Shown here: positions 1-12,894 of the stretch, piece by piece
How positions within the stretch are numbered: the first letter of the stretch is position 1
Layout of the letters: each line of letters begins with the position of its first letter
Origin: an uncultured bacterium
GTDB lineage: Bacteria > Patescibacteriota > Saccharimonadia > UBA4664
Assembly: GCA_963740635.1 (NCBI GenBank)
Contig: CAVUEQ010000001.1
Coordinates: 465,026 to 529,025 of the forward strand
DNA length: 64,000 nt
Reading direction: 5' to 3'
Notes under the pieces: generated by a model
Seen by the model: the letters and a program-made list of their open reading frames with translations, nothing else
Told to the model about the DNA's origin: nothing
Databases searched by the model: none
Translations under genes and position numbers: made by a program

Positions 1-2
1 GC

Positions 3-84
3 TATCAGTTGGGAATCACACCTGGTTCGTGCGCGCCGATACCAGCGACGCCACCGATCCGCTGACGTTTAAGGTCAAGCCTTA
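3..84 (+). CDS. 3' end of an unidentified gene entering from the left edge
   Basis: Open frame from the window edge ending at TAG 82-84 (..SVGNHTWFVRADTSDATDPLTFKVKP*). Composition is like neighbouring genes. Too short to name. Confidence 0.3.
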
Positions 85-404
85 GAGCTTCGGCTGCTGG
101 GTAGCAGCGAGGAATTTTCTTTTAAGGAGAATTACTGTCGGCTTATTTTTTGTATACCGGCACAGGTTCCGCTCCCGTTATTTTTCCGACGGCACCCACA
201 TCCTGTGGGTGTTCCAGTTTATGGAATTTTGGGAATTTTTTACCCTCAAGAATTTAGAAGAATTCCATATACTGGAATACCTTCAAGAAATGAATCGCTC
301 GAAAATTCGTAGATAATTTACGCAGATACATTTTCCATAAAAGTGCCTTTGCCAAGGGGGCGTCTGACAGGATGTAGCTATCGGGCGAGATGGGTTTTCG
401 ATAA

Positions 405-1535
405 TTAGGCTTTGGGCGGTTGGGCTGCGCCCCGGTTTCGGTTGCGGCCGAAGCGGCGGTGGCCTTGGTTGTCGCCCTTGGGGCGGTTGCCGGCGTCCGG
501 GGTGGCGGCATCGGGTCCGGCTGCAGCCGGGGGCGTGGACGCCGGCGCGGGAGCGCCATTGGCGCCGGGCACCGCCTGCCGCGGCACAGCGAAGATCATC
601 TTGCCGGCTACGGTCTGGAATACGCGCGTGACTTCGGTTGCAACCTCCTGGCCGATCAGCTTGTCGCCGTTTTCGACCACAATCATGGTACCGTCGGCCA
701 GGTAGCCGACCCCCTGGTTGCGCTCTTTGCCGGGCTGCACCACACGTACGATCAACTCTTCGCCGGGCAGCACCACCGGGCGGATGGCGTTAGACAATTC
801 GTTGACGTTGAGCACGCGCACGCCCTGGATTTGGGCCACCCGGTTGAGGTTATAGTCTGTGGTGAGGACGTTGCAGCCGAAGCGCTGGGCCAGGGCCACG
901 AGCTTGGCGTCGACCTCGCGGACGCCCTGCACGTCGTCGTCGATGATACTGGTTTCGACGTCCTTCATTTCGCGGAGGCGGTTGAGTACGTCGAGACCGC
1001 GGCGGCCGCGGCCGCGGCGCATGGCGTCATCGGAGTCGGCAATGTTTTGCAGCTCGGCCAGCACGAAGTGAGGCACCGTGAGGCGGCCGGGCACAAAGCC
1101 GGCGGCGGCGATGTCGGCGATGCGGCCGTCGATGATCACCGAGGTGTCGACCAGGATTTGCGGAAGCTCGGGGGCAGCCGGCTCAGCGGGTTCAGGCGGC
1201 GCAACCGGCTCGGCCACACCGGCGGCCGGGGCGGGCGGTGCGGATTTGAGGTCAAGAAACGGCAAAGCGGCCATCAGCGCCGTGCGCCGCGAGAGCACCA
1301 CGACCATAGCGAGAGCCGTGAGGCAGACCGAGACCACCACCGGCAAGACGGCGCCAAACGGGCCCGGCAATTTGCTCAAAGGCACGCTGGCCAGGGCACC
1401 CAGCAACAGGCCGATTATGGCTCCGCTAACGCCAAAGACTAGACCCTGGAGCGACACGTGCCGCAACCTGAGCAAGCCCAACAGGAGCGTGAGCACCCCA
1501 ACGATTGTTAATGAGGCGGCCATAGTTTGGGTCAT
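405..1535 (-). CDS. PIN + TRAM domain membrane protein (YacL-like)
   Basis: N-terminal TM helices. PIN-like core ILVDTSVIIDGRI..VPHFVLAELQNIADS..TTDYNLNRVA. C-terminal TRAM-like GEELIVRVVQPGKERNQGVGYLADGTMIVVENG. Sits next to radA as yacL does in Firmicutes-type synteny. Confidence 0.8.
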   Translation of the reverse strand: MTQTMAASLTIVGVLTLLLGLLRLRHVSLQGLVFGVSGAIIGLLLGALASVPLSKLPGPFGAVLPVVVSVCLTALAMVVVLSRRTALMAALPFLDLKSAPPAPAAGVAEPVAPPEPAEPAAPELPQILVDTSVIIDGRIADIAAAGFVPGRLTVPHFVLAELQNIADSDDAMRRGRGRRGLDVLNRLREMKDVETSIIDDDVQGVREVDAKLVALAQRFGCNVLTTDYNLNRVAQIQGVRVLNVNELSNAIRPVVLPGEELIVRVVQPGKERNQGVGYLADGTMIVVENGDKLIGQEVATEVTRVFQTVAGKMIFAVPRQAVPGANGAPAPASTPPAAAGPDAATPDAGNRPKGDNQGHRRFGRNRNRGAAQPPKA

Positions 1536-1553
1536 GATGGATAAATCCTTGAA

Positions 1554-2903
1554 TTAATGGTGGACAGTCTGCAGGAGACTTACGGCTGCGGCGACGTCAG
1601 TGACGCCCTTCATGCCTTTGACTGCGCCGAAGGCCGGGCCGACCTGGAACTTATACCCGAGGCGGGTGGCTTCGGCTACGCGCCGGGCGGCTTGGTTGAC
1701 CGAACGGACCTCACCACTGAGGCCGACTTCGCCAAAAGCTACCAGCCCGGCAGGTACTTGCGAATTTTTGAGAGCTGAAGCAACGGATAAAATAATTGCT
1801 AAATCGGCGGCCGGCTCTGCTACCCGCAATCCGCCCACTACATTAACATAAATATCCGAACTGCTCAAATTGAGACCGGCGCGTTTGGTGAGCACGGCCA
1901 CCAGGAGGTTGAGGCGGTTGAGATCGAAGCCGGCGGCGGTGCGCTTGGGGTAGCCAAAAGGCGTGGGCGACACCAGCGCCTGCACCTCCACGAGCAACGG
2001 CCGGCTGCCTTCGATGGTGGCCAGCACCACCGAGCCGGAAGTGGCCCGGCGTTCGGCCAGCAGGGCCTCGGACGGGTTGGGGACCGCGGTGAGGCCGGCG
2101 TCGCCCATTTCAAAGATGCCGACTTCGCTGGTGGAGCCGAAGCGGTTTTTGACACCGCGCAGGGCTTTAAAGGCGCCATAGCGCTCGCCTTCCAGATACA
2201 GCACGACGTCCACGAGGTGTTCGAGGATTTTGGGGCCGGCAATGTTGCCCTCCTTCGTGACGTGGCCGATGATGAGCACGGCCGGCCCGCGCCGCTTGGC
2301 CACCGCCTGCAGCACTTGGGCGCTGGCGGTGATTTGTCCGACGGTGCCGGGCGAACCGGCGAGCGCTTCGACCGCCATGGTTTGGATGGAATCGACAATC
2401 ACTAGCCCGTAGCCGCCCTGCTCGATGGTGGCGGCGATGGCGTCGACGCTGGTTTCGGCCAGCAGTTCGAGCGCACTGGAATGCAGTCCCAGCCGCTCGG
2501 CCCGCAGGCGGATTTGGGCCGCACTCTCTTCGCCGCTCACGTACAGCACCTTGTGGCGCGCGGCCACAGCGGCAGCCACTTGCAGCACCAGGGTGCTCTT
2601 GCCGATGCCGGGGTCGCCCGACAGCAGCAGCACCGAGCCCGGCACGATGCCCCCGCCGAGCACTTGGTCGACCTCGCCGATGCCGCTGGGTGTCCGTGGC
2701 AGCCGCTCGGCCGTCACGTCGCTGAGTGCCACGGGCTTGAGGGCGGCGGCCGCCTTGGCCTTGCCGAAACTACCGCCGGCCGGGGCCGCTACTACTTCCT
2801 CGACCAGCGAGTTCCAGGTGCCGCACTGCTCGCAGCGGCCCATCCAGCGCGCGTAGCTGGCGGCACAGGTTTGGCAAACGTATCTAGTGGCGACTTTGGC
2901 CAT
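1554..2903 (-). CDS. radA: DNA repair protein RadA/Sms
   Basis: Zn-ribbon YVCQTCAASYARWMGRCEQCGTWNS, Walker A GDPGIGKST, KNRFG motif, Lon-like C-terminus. Start placed at MAKVATRY (ATG 2903), inside track ORF 1554..2957. Confidence 0.95.
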   Translation of the reverse strand: MAKVATRYVCQTCAASYARWMGRCEQCGTWNSLVEEVVAAPAGGSFGKAKAAAALKPVALSDVTAERLPRTPSGIGEVDQVLGGGIVPGSVLLLSGDPGIGKSTLVLQVAAAVAARHKVLYVSGEESAAQIRLRAERLGLHSSALELLAETSVDAIAATIEQGGYGLVIVDSIQTMAVEALAGSPGTVGQITASAQVLQAVAKRRGPAVLIIGHVTKEGNIAGPKILEHLVDVVLYLEGERYGAFKALRGVKNRFGSTSEVGIFEMGDAGLTAVPNPSEALLAERRATSGSVVLATIEGSRPLLVEVQALVSPTPFGYPKRTAAGFDLNRLNLLVAVLTKRAGLNLSSSDIYVNVVGGLRVAEPAADLAIILSVASALKNSQVPAGLVAFGEVGLSGEVRSVNQAARRVAEATRLGYKFQVGPAFGAVKGMKGVTDVAAAVSLLQTVHH

Positions 2904-3123
2904 TTTGCTCCGGGTCTTTTCGGATAATTTCCATGATTTCGTCCAGTTTGCGTTCAATCTTAGCCATGACCGCCTCTAATGATTGCTGCTGCTTTTTTGC
3001 CATTGTCGCACCTGTTATCCGTTTATACTACGCGTTTGAATATGCCGATTATACCGAACAAAAGCCGTATACGCAAGAAGATTTTGTTGACGCAAAAATT
3101 CCTGGGCTTAGTCAGCTGGAATT

Positions 3124-5694
3124 TTAGGCGCCGGCATCGGCCGGGGCGGGCGTTTCAGTAGAGGCAGGGGTTTCGGTTTCGTCGGGTACGGCTTCGGGCT
3201 CATTGACCGCGGAGTGTTCAGCGGTGAGGTGGATCTGGTCGCCGCGGCGAGTGGCGGTGATGGTGTCGCCGGAGGTGAAGCGGCCGTCGAGCAGGCCGGT
3301 GGCCAGCGGGTCTTCGAGCAGGTCCTGGACCGCGCGGCGCATGGGGCGGGCGCCCTGTTTGGTGTCGTAGCCGCGCTCAATTAGCAGCCCCTTGGCCGAC
3401 GGCGTTACTTTGAGCTTGAGCTCTTGTTCGTCGAGGCGTTTGCTGAGGTCGGCCAGTTGCAGCACCAGGATTTTCTTTACGTCGTTGACACTGAGGGTCT
3501 TAAACACCAAGGTGGCGTCGATACGGTTGAGGAATTCCGGGCGGAATTGCTTCTTGAGGTCTTCCAGGACCTTGGCACGCACCTTGGCGTGGGTGGCCTC
3601 GAGTTGCTTTTCCTGGCTGGCGCTTTCGGTGCGGAAGCCGAGCTCCACCTCTTTGTTCATGTCGGAGGCGCCGACGTTACTGGTCATGATAATGACCGTG
3701 TTGCGGAAATCGACCCGGCGGCCCTTGGCGTCGGACACATAGCCGTCTTCGAGAATCTGCAGCAGCATGTTGAACACGTCGGGGTGGGCTTTTTCGAGCT
3801 CGTCGAACAGGATGAGGCTGTACGGCTTGCGGCGGACTTGCTCGGTCAGCTGGCCGCCCTCGTCGTAACCTACGTAACCAGCGGGTGCGCCCAGCAGGCG
3901 GCTCACGTTGTGGCGCTCCATGAATTCAGACATGTCGATCTTGATCATGGCGTCGCGGTCGTGGAACAGCTCTTCGGACAGCACGCGGGCGAGCTCGGTT
4001 TTGCCGACGCCGGTGGGACCCAGGAAGATGAAGCTGCCGATGGGGCGGCGGCTGTCAGAAACCCCGGTGCGGCTGCGGCGGATGCTGCGGGCGATCGCCT
4101 CGATGGCGTCGGCCTGGCCGATCACGCGGCGCTTGAGCGACTCTTCGATCTTGAGCAGGCTGTCGACTTCGGTCTTAATGAGGCGGGTGACGGGGATGCC
4201 GGTCATCATGGCCACCACTTGGGCGATGTCTTCGGCCAGGATGCGCACGGTGGCGTCGGCGGCGCCTTCCTTGAGCTTGAGCTGGCTGAGGCGGTTTTGG
4301 ATCACCGATTCGCGGGTCTTGAGGCGGGCGGCCAGCTCGAAGTCCTGGTCGAAGACGGCATTTTCGATGTCGTCGCGGATTTCTGAGACCTGCTTTTGGA
4401 GGTTGCGGAGAGCCTTGCTGGAGCCGCCGCGCTTGATGCGGGCCAGGCTGGCGGCCTCGTCGATGAGGTCAATGGCTTTGTCGGGCAGGAAGCGGTCGGC
4501 CACGTAGCGCTTGGCCAGCTTGGCGGCGGCGTCGATGGCCTCGTCGGTGATCTCCACGCGGTGGTGCTCCTCGTAGCGGGGGCGCAGGCCGCGCAGCACT
4601 TCCACGGTTTCCTCGGGCGTGGTCTCGGGGACCTGCACCGGCTGGAAGCGGCGCTCGAGGGCGGCGTCTTTTTCGATGTGCTTGCGGTATTCGTCGAGGG
4701 TGGTGGCGCCGATGACTTGGATTTCTCCGCGGCTGAGGGCAGGTTTGAGAATGTTGGCGGCGTCGATAGCGCCCTCGGCGGCGCCGGCGCCTACGACGGT
4801 GTGGAGCTCGTCGATAAACAGGATGACTTCGGGGCTGGCTTTGGCCTCGTCGAGGATTTTCTTGAGGCGCTCTTCGAATTCACCGCGGTACTTGGTGCCG
4901 GCAATGACCGACGCCAGGTCGAGCATCACGAGGCGCTTGCGCAGCAGCAGCTCGGGGACCTCTTCGGCGATCACGCGCTGGGCCAGGCCCTCGGCGATGG
5001 CAGTTTTGCCGACGCCGGGCTCGCCGATGAGCACCGGGTTGTTCTTGGTGCGGCGCCCCAGGATGGAGATCACGCGGCTGATTTGCGGTTCGCGGCCCAC
5101 CATGGGGTCGAGCTTGTTTTCGCCTGCCTTGCTGGTGAGGTCAATGCCGAAATGGTCGAGGGCGGGGGTTTTGGATTTGGCGTTGCCGGCCGCACCTTTG
5201 GTGGCCGTGCGGGTGCTGCCGCGCTCTTCGTCGGCGTAGAAGTACTGCTGGTTGCCCAGGTAATTTTCGAGCTCACCGCGAATGATTTGGGGGTCGATTT
5301 GCAGGTCGTTTTTGAGCAGGCTGATGGCCCGGGCGCTTTTTTCGCTCAGGATGGCAAACAGGATGTGCTCGGTGCCGCAGTAGGGCTGGCCGAATTCTTT
5401 GGCCACGCGCAGGCTGTAAGTGAGGGTGCGCTTGGCGGTTTCCGAGGCCCCCTTGTAGCCGCCGCCCGCCAGCTGCTGCGAGAAACTCAGCACGAGCTGG
5501 GCCTTCTCAAAGGTAACGCCAACATTTTTCAGAATTTTGGCCCCGATGGAGGTCTCTTGCTGCAGAACGCCGAGCAAAATGTGCTCAGTGCCCACGTACG
5601 AAGAGCCCATTTGGGTCGCTATGGCTTCAGCGTTCTCGAGACTGCGCTTGGCATTCTCGGTGAAGCGGTCGAATTGTGAGCTGAAGTCGGCCAT
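3124..5694 (-). CDS. clpC: ATP-dependent Clp protease ATP-binding subunit ClpC
   Basis: 856 aa. Double Clp_N repeat, two AAA+ modules (GEPGVGKTA and GPTGVGKTE), UVR-like linker, ClpB_D2-small C-terminus. Uninterrupted frame. Confidence 0.95.
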   Translation of the reverse strand: MADFSSQFDRFTENAKRSLENAEAIATQMGSSYVGTEHILLGVLQQETSIGAKILKNVGVTFEKAQLVLSFSQQLAGGGYKGASETAKRTLTYSLRVAKEFGQPYCGTEHILFAILSEKSARAISLLKNDLQIDPQIIRGELENYLGNQQYFYADEERGSTRTATKGAAGNAKSKTPALDHFGIDLTSKAGENKLDPMVGREPQISRVISILGRRTKNNPVLIGEPGVGKTAIAEGLAQRVIAEEVPELLLRKRLVMLDLASVIAGTKYRGEFEERLKKILDEAKASPEVILFIDELHTVVGAGAAEGAIDAANILKPALSRGEIQVIGATTLDEYRKHIEKDAALERRFQPVQVPETTPEETVEVLRGLRPRYEEHHRVEITDEAIDAAAKLAKRYVADRFLPDKAIDLIDEAASLARIKRGGSSKALRNLQKQVSEIRDDIENAVFDQDFELAARLKTRESVIQNRLSQLKLKEGAADATVRILAEDIAQVVAMMTGIPVTRLIKTEVDSLLKIEESLKRRVIGQADAIEAIARSIRRSRTGVSDSRRPIGSFIFLGPTGVGKTELARVLSEELFHDRDAMIKIDMSEFMERHNVSRLLGAPAGYVGYDEGGQLTEQVRRKPYSLILFDELEKAHPDVFNMLLQILEDGYVSDAKGRRVDFRNTVIIMTSNVGASDMNKEVELGFRTESASQEKQLEATHAKVRAKVLEDLKKQFRPEFLNRIDATLVFKTLSVNDVKKILVLQLADLSKRLDEQELKLKVTPSAKGLLIERGYDTKQGARPMRRAVQDLLEDPLATGLLDGRFTSGDTITATRRGDQIHLTAEHSAVNEPEAVPDETETPASTETPAPADAGA

Positions 5695-5772
5695 GGCGCT
5701 GCCCTTTATGAGACCAGTATATCATTGTTAGCACTCCATGCAAGCGAGTGCTAATTTGTGCTCTGCGGGCGG

Positions 5773-6144
5773 TCAAACGTGCAGCCGCTGCTTCAATATC
5801 AGGCGCTGGTTTTCCATACGATTGTGCTCCCGGTGGAGCGTGCGCCAACCCTTGTCCGTGAGTGTGTACGAACCGCGCACTTGGAGGTAACCTTTGGCGG
5901 TTAGTTCTTTTATCAGGGTGTAGCCTGTGGTTTTCCTGATAATGACTGCGCCTACCGTGTCCGCCAGCACGGCTTCGGGGATGCGCGCCCTGTCGATCGG
6001 GCCGGCCGCGACTGCCAGCAGAATGGCCATGCGCTCATAGCTCAGCGGGGCGAGGCGGGAATGCGGCCGGCGCGTGCCGTCCGGTGCCGGGCGGGCTTGA
6101 GGGCCGTATTGCCAGGGTTGGAGGCTGACTTGGGGATCGTTCAT
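5773..6144 (-). CDS. small winged-helix DNA-binding protein, family unassigned
   Basis: C-terminal half reads as a wHTH (..IRKTTGYTLIKELTAKGYLQVRGSYTLTDKGWRTL..). Lies directly upstream of clpC on the same strand. A perfect inverted repeat sits just upstream of its start. Confidence 0.5.
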   Translation of the reverse strand: MNDPQVSLQPWQYGPQARPAPDGTRRPHSRLAPLSYERMAILLAVAAGPIDRARIPEAVLADTVGAVIIRKTTGYTLIKELTAKGYLQVRGSYTLTDKGWRTLHREHNRMENQRLILKQRLHV

Positions 6145-6156
6145 ACCGGCAGGGTA

Positions 6157-6222
6157 GTCCTAACTTGGGACTATTGCAAATAATTCGAGCTCAGGAACAC
6201 CGCGCATGTCCCAAGTTAGGAC
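6157..6222. promoter_or_regulatory. pair of 15-bp inverted repeats (candidate operator)
   Basis: GTCCTAACTTGGGAC at 6157-6171 and its exact reverse complement GTCCCAAGTTAGGAC at 6208-6222. The nearer copy lies 13 nt upstream of the wHTH gene start at 6144. Confidence 0.4.
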
Positions 6223-6269
6223 ATGTATGGATATGAGGGCGCTCAAAAAGTTACGAGAATGGAAGCTAT

Positions 6270-7508
6270 TTAATCGGTCGATTCGCGGCCGGAAAGCACG
6301 TCAGTTTGGCCGTCGGTGGCCTCTTCGGACATGGCCGGGTCGATGGCGGATTGCGCGTTGATGGCGTCGATGAGGGAGCTCTCGAGGTCCGTCTTGGCTT
6401 CTGAAGTGTCGGCGGCAGCAGCGGCAGCGGCTTCTATGCGGGACTCGTCGGCCGAGATGATGTCGATGTTCCAACCGGTGAGCTTAGCGGCCAGGCGGAC
6501 GTTTTGGCCCTGTTTGCCGATGGCCAGCGAGAGTTGGTCTTCGGGCACGCGCACCACGGCCTTCTTGTCGGTCTCGTTGAGGCTCACGCTGACGACCTTG
6601 GTCGGAGACAGCGCGTTGGCAATGTAGGTCTCGGGGTCTTCGGCATAGGGGATGATGTCGATCTTCTCTTCGCCAAGGTCGCTCATCACGGCTTGCACGC
6701 GGCTGCCGCGGCCACCCACGAAGGTGCCGACGGCATCGACGCCGGCGGCGTGCGACTGCACGGCCACCTTGGAGCGGATGCCGGCCTCGCGCGCGATGCC
6801 GATGATCTCGACCGAGCCCGCCTCAATTTCGGGCACCTCGAGCTCAAACAGGTGGCGCACCATGTTGGCGTGGGCACGGCTGAGCACGATCTGCGGGCCG
6901 CGGGCGGTCTGTTCCACGCGCACCACATACACCTTCAGGCGCTGGCCGGTGTAGTAGCGCTCGCCGGGAATTTGCTCGCTGGCAAACAGCACACCCGTGG
7001 CCTTGCCGAGGTCGACGTAGGCGACGCTGCCCTCCACGCGCTGGACGTTACCGTTGAGCACCAGGCCCTCTTTGTCCTTGTACTCGGTGAACACGATTTC
7101 GCGCTCGGCCTCGCGCAGGCGCTGGATGATGACCTGCTTGGCGGTCTGGGCGGCCACGCGGCCAAAGTCTTCGGGGTGGGCCTCCATTTCGACCATGTAG
7201 GGCTCGATGCCGGCCTCTTCGTCGCGGGGGCGGACTTCGGCCTTCTTGTCGATCTTCTTGGCGGCAGTGAGGCCGATCTGCAAAAATTCATTCTCGACCT
7301 CGCCGTCCGGCACTACTTCCTTAGACTCGTAGATGTGGACTTCGCCGGTTTCTTCGTCGAGCTCGGCGCGGACCTCCTGGTCTTTGTCGGTGTAATCTTT
7401 TTTGTAAGCAGCGGCCAGGGCGGCCTGCACGGTCTCGATAATAATGTCGCGGGGGAGGTTCTTCTCCTCGGCGATCAGGTTGATGGCAGCTAAGAAATTC
7501 GTTTGCAT
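6270..7508 (-). CDS. nusA: transcription termination/antitermination factor NusA
   Basis: N-terminal NusA domain ([26 protein letters not shown]), S1 domain, two KH domains ([19 protein letters not shown]; [22 protein letters not shown]). Confidence 0.95.
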   Translation of the reverse strand: MQTNFLAAINLIAEEKNLPRDIIIETVQAALAAAYKKDYTDKDQEVRAELDEETGEVHIYESKEVVPDGEVENEFLQIGLTAAKKIDKKAEVRPRDEEAGIEPYMVEMEAHPEDFGRVAAQTAKQVIIQRLREAEREIVFTEYKDKEGLVLNGNVQRVEGSVAYVDLGKATGVLFASEQIPGERYYTGQRLKVYVVRVEQTARGPQIVLSRAHANMVRHLFELEVPEIEAGSVEIIGIAREAGIRSKVAVQSHAAGVDAVGTFVGGRGSRVQAVMSDLGEEKIDIIPYAEDPETYIANALSPTKVVSVSLNETDKKAVVRVPEDQLSLAIGKQGQNVRLAAKLTGWNIDIISADESRIEAAAAAAADTSEAKTDLESSLIDAINAQSAIDPAMSEEATDGQTDVLSGRESTD

Positions 7509-7648
7509 GGGGACTCCTATTCAATTGTTATTTAGTTGTATGAACAATTAGGCCGGCCCGGTGGCCGACATTGGAGTGATTATACTCCTAGCGCCGCCGG
7601 TACGCAATCGGTATACTCGAATGACATTAACGCGCGAGGTGCCGAGAT

Positions 7649-10210
<2,562 letters not shown>

Positions 10211-10221
10211 TCTATTCTTGA

Positions 10222-10250
10222 GGCTAAATGTCGAATTTCGACATTTAGCC
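10222..10250. terminator. perfect 14-bp hairpin between convergent pepN and yraN
   Basis: GGCTAAATGTCGAA-T-TTCGACATTTAGCC. Overlaps the yraN stop codon. No clear U-run. Confidence 0.45.
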
Positions 10251-10601
10251 GGTGATGTCGGGCAGAAATTCGATCTCGGGTGAGTCCAGCGAGCCGGTCA
10301 CGCTGACCAGCCCTATCTGATAATGCCCGTAATGCCGATGGGCCTGGTTCCAGGCGAGGGCCGCGCGCGTGAGGCGGGTTAGCTTGTCATAATTAATGTA
10401 ATCGGCCGGGCTGCCCCAAGCGGTGCTGGCGCGGTATTTGACCTCCACAAAGTGGATGGTGCCGGCGCGGCGGGCCACGATGTCGAGTTCGCACCAGCGG
10501 TTGCGCCAGTTGCGGTCGAGAATTTGGTAGCCGCGGTGCTCGAGGTATTCGGCAGCCACGGTTTCGGCGGCGCGGCCGGTGCTAGTCGCCGACATGGCCA
10601 A
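10245..10601 (-). CDS. YraN-family (UPF0102) endonuclease-like protein
   Basis: AEYLEHRGYQILDRNWRNRWCELDIVARRAGTIHFVEVKYR is the classic YraN PD-(D/E)xK core. Follows rnhB, as in many genomes. Confidence 0.8.
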   Translation of the reverse strand: MAMSATSTGRAAETVAAEYLEHRGYQILDRNWRNRWCELDIVARRAGTIHFVEVKYRASTAWGSPADYINYDKLTRLTRAALAWNQAHRHYGHYQIGLVSVTGSLDSPEIEFLPDITG

Positions 10602-11241
10602 AATCCAAGCTGGCGAAAAATCCGGCGGCCGCTAGCTGTACGGGCTTGAAGAGCCGGCGGTGCAGTGGGCTTAGTTGCTCGCGCACGACGCGGGCATGGT
10701 GGGGGGTGCCGTAACCTTTGTTACTGGCAAAATTGTATTCGGGATACAGCTGGTGCAGCAGCATCATGTATTGGTCGCGGGCCACCTTGGCCACAATTGA
10801 GGCCGCGGCGATGGAATAGCTGAGACGGTCGCCCTTGATGATGGTTTGGGAGTAGCAGTGATCGCGGAGGTAATTGTGGTTGCCGTCGAGGAGGACGGCA
10901 TCGTAGGGGTGGGCCATGCCGTCGAGGGCCCGCAGACCGGACTGGTGCACTGCCCAACTGAGGCCGTGGGCGTCGATATCGGCCGGGCTCACCCAGCCTA
11001 TACCCACTGCCAATGACCGGCGCTTGATGAGCCTGGCCAGCTCCACCCGCCGCTGGTGGCTGAGCAGCTTGGAATCCGTGACGCCGCTCAAACGCACCCG
11101 GGGCGGCAATATCACCGCTGCGGCCACTACCGGCCCGGCCCAGCAACCGCGGCCGACCTCATCGATTCCGGCCACCAACGGATAGCCGGCGCTCATAAGC
11201 GCTATGGCATGGCGGTTGGTTGGGCTCGCAACTCTTGGCAT
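10582..11241 (-). CDS. rnhB: ribonuclease HII
   Basis: GIDEVGRGCWAGPVVAAAV catalytic motif, DSK, and IAAASIVAKVARD near the C-terminus. Confidence 0.9.
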   Translation of the reverse strand: MPRVASPTNRHAIALMSAGYPLVAGIDEVGRGCWAGPVVAAAVILPPRVRLSGVTDSKLLSHQRRVELARLIKRRSLAVGIGWVSPADIDAHGLSWAVHQSGLRALDGMAHPYDAVLLDGNHNYLRDHCYSQTIIKGDRLSYSIAAASIVAKVARDQYMMLLHQLYPEYNFASNKGYGTPHHARVVREQLSPLHRRLFKPVQLAAAGFFASLDFGHVGD

Positions 11242-11303
11242 CGTGCACAGTTTAACACAAAGAAAAATAGACCTGACAAGCCTTTAGCATTAGCTACGTT
11301 TTA

Positions 11304-11951
11304 TTAGGACTGGACGGCTTCGCCCTCGCCGGGCTCAGCCTGAGCCACGCCGGATTCGGCTTCGTCGGAGGCGGCTTGGTTTTCGTCGGCGGCCTCTTCC
11401 CCGGTACTGGATTCGGGATCTTCGCCGGCAGCAGCCTTGTTTTCGGCATTTTCGACGTCCGACAGTGGTGAGGCGTCGTTGAGGGCGTCTTCGGCCTGCT
11501 CACCATCAATAGTTTCGGAGTCGATGACCTCAGGTTCGGTCGGTGCGGCCTCGTCGGCTACGGCCTCAGATTCGGGCACGGTCACATCGTTGGCGGCGGC
11601 CTTGTCGAAGCCAACTTCGCGCAGGCGGGCCGACTTGCCGCGGCGGTCGCGCAGGAAGCTGAGGAAGTTGCGGCGGACCTTGGCGCGGCGCAGAATATCA
11701 ATCTTGGAGACGTTGGGAGAATGCAGCAAGAAAGTCTTCTCGACGCCCACACCTGAGGCAATACGGCGCACTGTAATAGTGGCGGTTACCTCCGCCATAC
11801 GGTGGCGGCGGATTACAACGCCCTCGAAAACCTGGATGCGCTGCTTACCGCCTTCCTTGATGAGCTGGTGCACACGCACAGTGTCGCCGGTCTGCAGCTG
11901 AGGCTGCGCGGGCTTGCGGTAATTCTGCTCGAGTTGGCGGATGGCTTCCAT
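11304..11951 (-). CDS. rplS: 50S ribosomal protein L19 with long acidic C-terminal extension
   Basis: Core FQTGDTVRVHQLIKEGGKQRIQVFEGVVIRR..TVRRIASGVGVEKTFLLHSPNVSKIDILRRAKVRR, followed by about 100 aa of D/E/A/S-rich tail. Confidence 0.9.
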   Translation of the reverse strand: MEAIRQLEQNYRKPAQPQLQTGDTVRVHQLIKEGGKQRIQVFEGVVIRRHRMAEVTATITVRRIASGVGVEKTFLLHSPNVSKIDILRRAKVRRNFLSFLRDRRGKSARLREVGFDKAAANDVTVPESEAVADEAAPTEPEVIDSETIDGEQAEDALNDASPLSDVENAENKAAAGEDPESSTGEEAADENQAASDEAESGVAQAEPGEGEAVQS

Positions 11952-11994
11952 AACTTCGGTACTTTAGCATATCTGAGTGGGTCTATCAAGGGTA

Positions 11995-12002
11995 AGTAGG
12001 AC
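11995..12002. repeat. left 8-bp target-site duplication of the IS element
   Basis: AGTAGGAC immediately outside the left inverted repeat. An identical copy is at 12895-12902. Confidence 0.7.
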
Positions 12003-12894
12003 GGCTCATTCCACGAAAACGGAACACTAGGTCAAGTTACTTGTAAGGGTAAGGAATGTTAGCGGGTCCGTAAAGAGTTCTGGGCGGTTTCTCCGCGCAC
12101 AGTACTCCTGCAGTAACCCAGGCAAGGATCGCTTTAGGAATTGGACCCGGGTACGAATAACAAACCTGTCAAAACTACTCCAGACACCCTCAATCCGGTT
12201 CGTGGGACCAAAGTGGCCTCGGTCGTGGTTGCACAACACGAGGCCGTAACCCACGTCCTCCAGGCTTAAATGTGAGGCGTGAGCGTCGGCATGAATCAAG
12301 GTTTCCGGCTCGACCCAGTCGTCTAGGAAGCCCTCGACGCTGTCTTGCTCCATGTCGGGGATGACGCGGATGCGAACCTCGTCAGTCTCGCGGTCCACCA
12401 CGCCCATGACGAGCACTTGGTTGCCGTGCTTCTTGCGCCCCAGATATGATTGGTCTATTTCGACCAATCCGGCCAGCTTGCCGGCATCCTCTGGCAATCG
12501 CTTGCGCAGCCGTTCCAACCACCGCTGGATGGTTTCGTAGCTGGTGCCTACCATGCCCAGGATGTCACCCGGTGAAAGTTTACGCACCCAGCCCAGGACA
12601 AGCGCCAGGATCTGCCGCCAGCTGAGCTTGGCGTACCCAAAGCCCAGCATCTTTTTGAGGCTCCACTTGCGACGGCAGCTTCGGCACCACAGATACTTCT
12701 CTCTCAGGCAAATACCTGGGTGATGCTTCCAGGGACACCGGGCGCCCTCAGGAAAGATATGATTGATGATTATTTGGACGCATCCGTAGTCATCTACGGG
12801 TAAATCGAGTACCGTATACACGGGACAGGCCTCCTAGCTTTAGTTGTTTCCGCAACTTGATTCTAGTGCTTGTTCCGTTTTAGTTGAATGAGCC
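12003..12894 (-). mobile_element. IS1595-family insertion sequence (892 bp, intact)
   Basis: Imperfect terminal inverted repeats: left GGCTCATTCCACGAAAACGGAACACTAG; reverse complement of right GGCTCATTCAACTAAAACGGAACAAGCACTAG. Single transposase ORF. 8-bp direct repeats AGTAGGAC flank it. AT-richer than the surroundings. Confidence 0.8.
12027..12821 (-). CDS. IS1595-family (ISXO2-like DDE) transposase
   Basis: N-terminal Zn-ribbon (C..C..WCRSCRRKWS), HTH segment, then the DDE_Tnp_IS1595-type core (VEIDQSYLG..VMGVVDRETDEVR..IHADAHASH..HFGPTNRIEGVWS). Confidence 0.85.
   Translation of the reverse strand: MYTVLDLPVDDYGCVQIIINHIFPEGARCPWKHHPGICLREKYLWCRSCRRKWSLKKMLGFGYAKLSWRQILALVLGWVRKLSPGDILGMVGTSYETIQRWLERLRKRLPEDAGKLAGLVEIDQSYLGRKKHGNQVLVMGVVDRETDEVRIRVIPDMEQDSVEGFLDDWVEPETLIHADAHASHLSLEDVGYGLVLCNHDRGHFGPTNRIEGVWSSFDRFVIRTRVQFLKRSLPGLLQEYCARRNRPELFTDPLTFLTLTSNLT

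Noticed and set aside
212-307. 31-codon ORF (MEFWEFFTLKNLEEFHILEYLQEMNRSKIRR) and the 101-aa antisense ORF 254..559 in the AT-rich region downstream of the PIN/TRAM (yacL-like) gene stop at 405.
   Set aside because: No Shine-Dalgarno and no conservation evidence. The 101-aa ORF is half Pro/Arg shadow sequence overlapping the C-terminus of the PIN/TRAM gene. The region is more likely a non-coding intergenic spacer.
420-1442. Long antisense ORFs opposite real genes. Examples: 420..1442(+), 3424..4386(+), 4396..5679(+), 6504..7493(+), 14096..15124(-), 35240..35818(-), 61530..62927(+), 61619..62812(-).
   Set aside because: Typical high-GC shadow ORFs. Their translations are Arg/Pro/Gly/Ala-rich low complexity with no motifs, and the opposite strand or other frame encodes recognisable conserved proteins.
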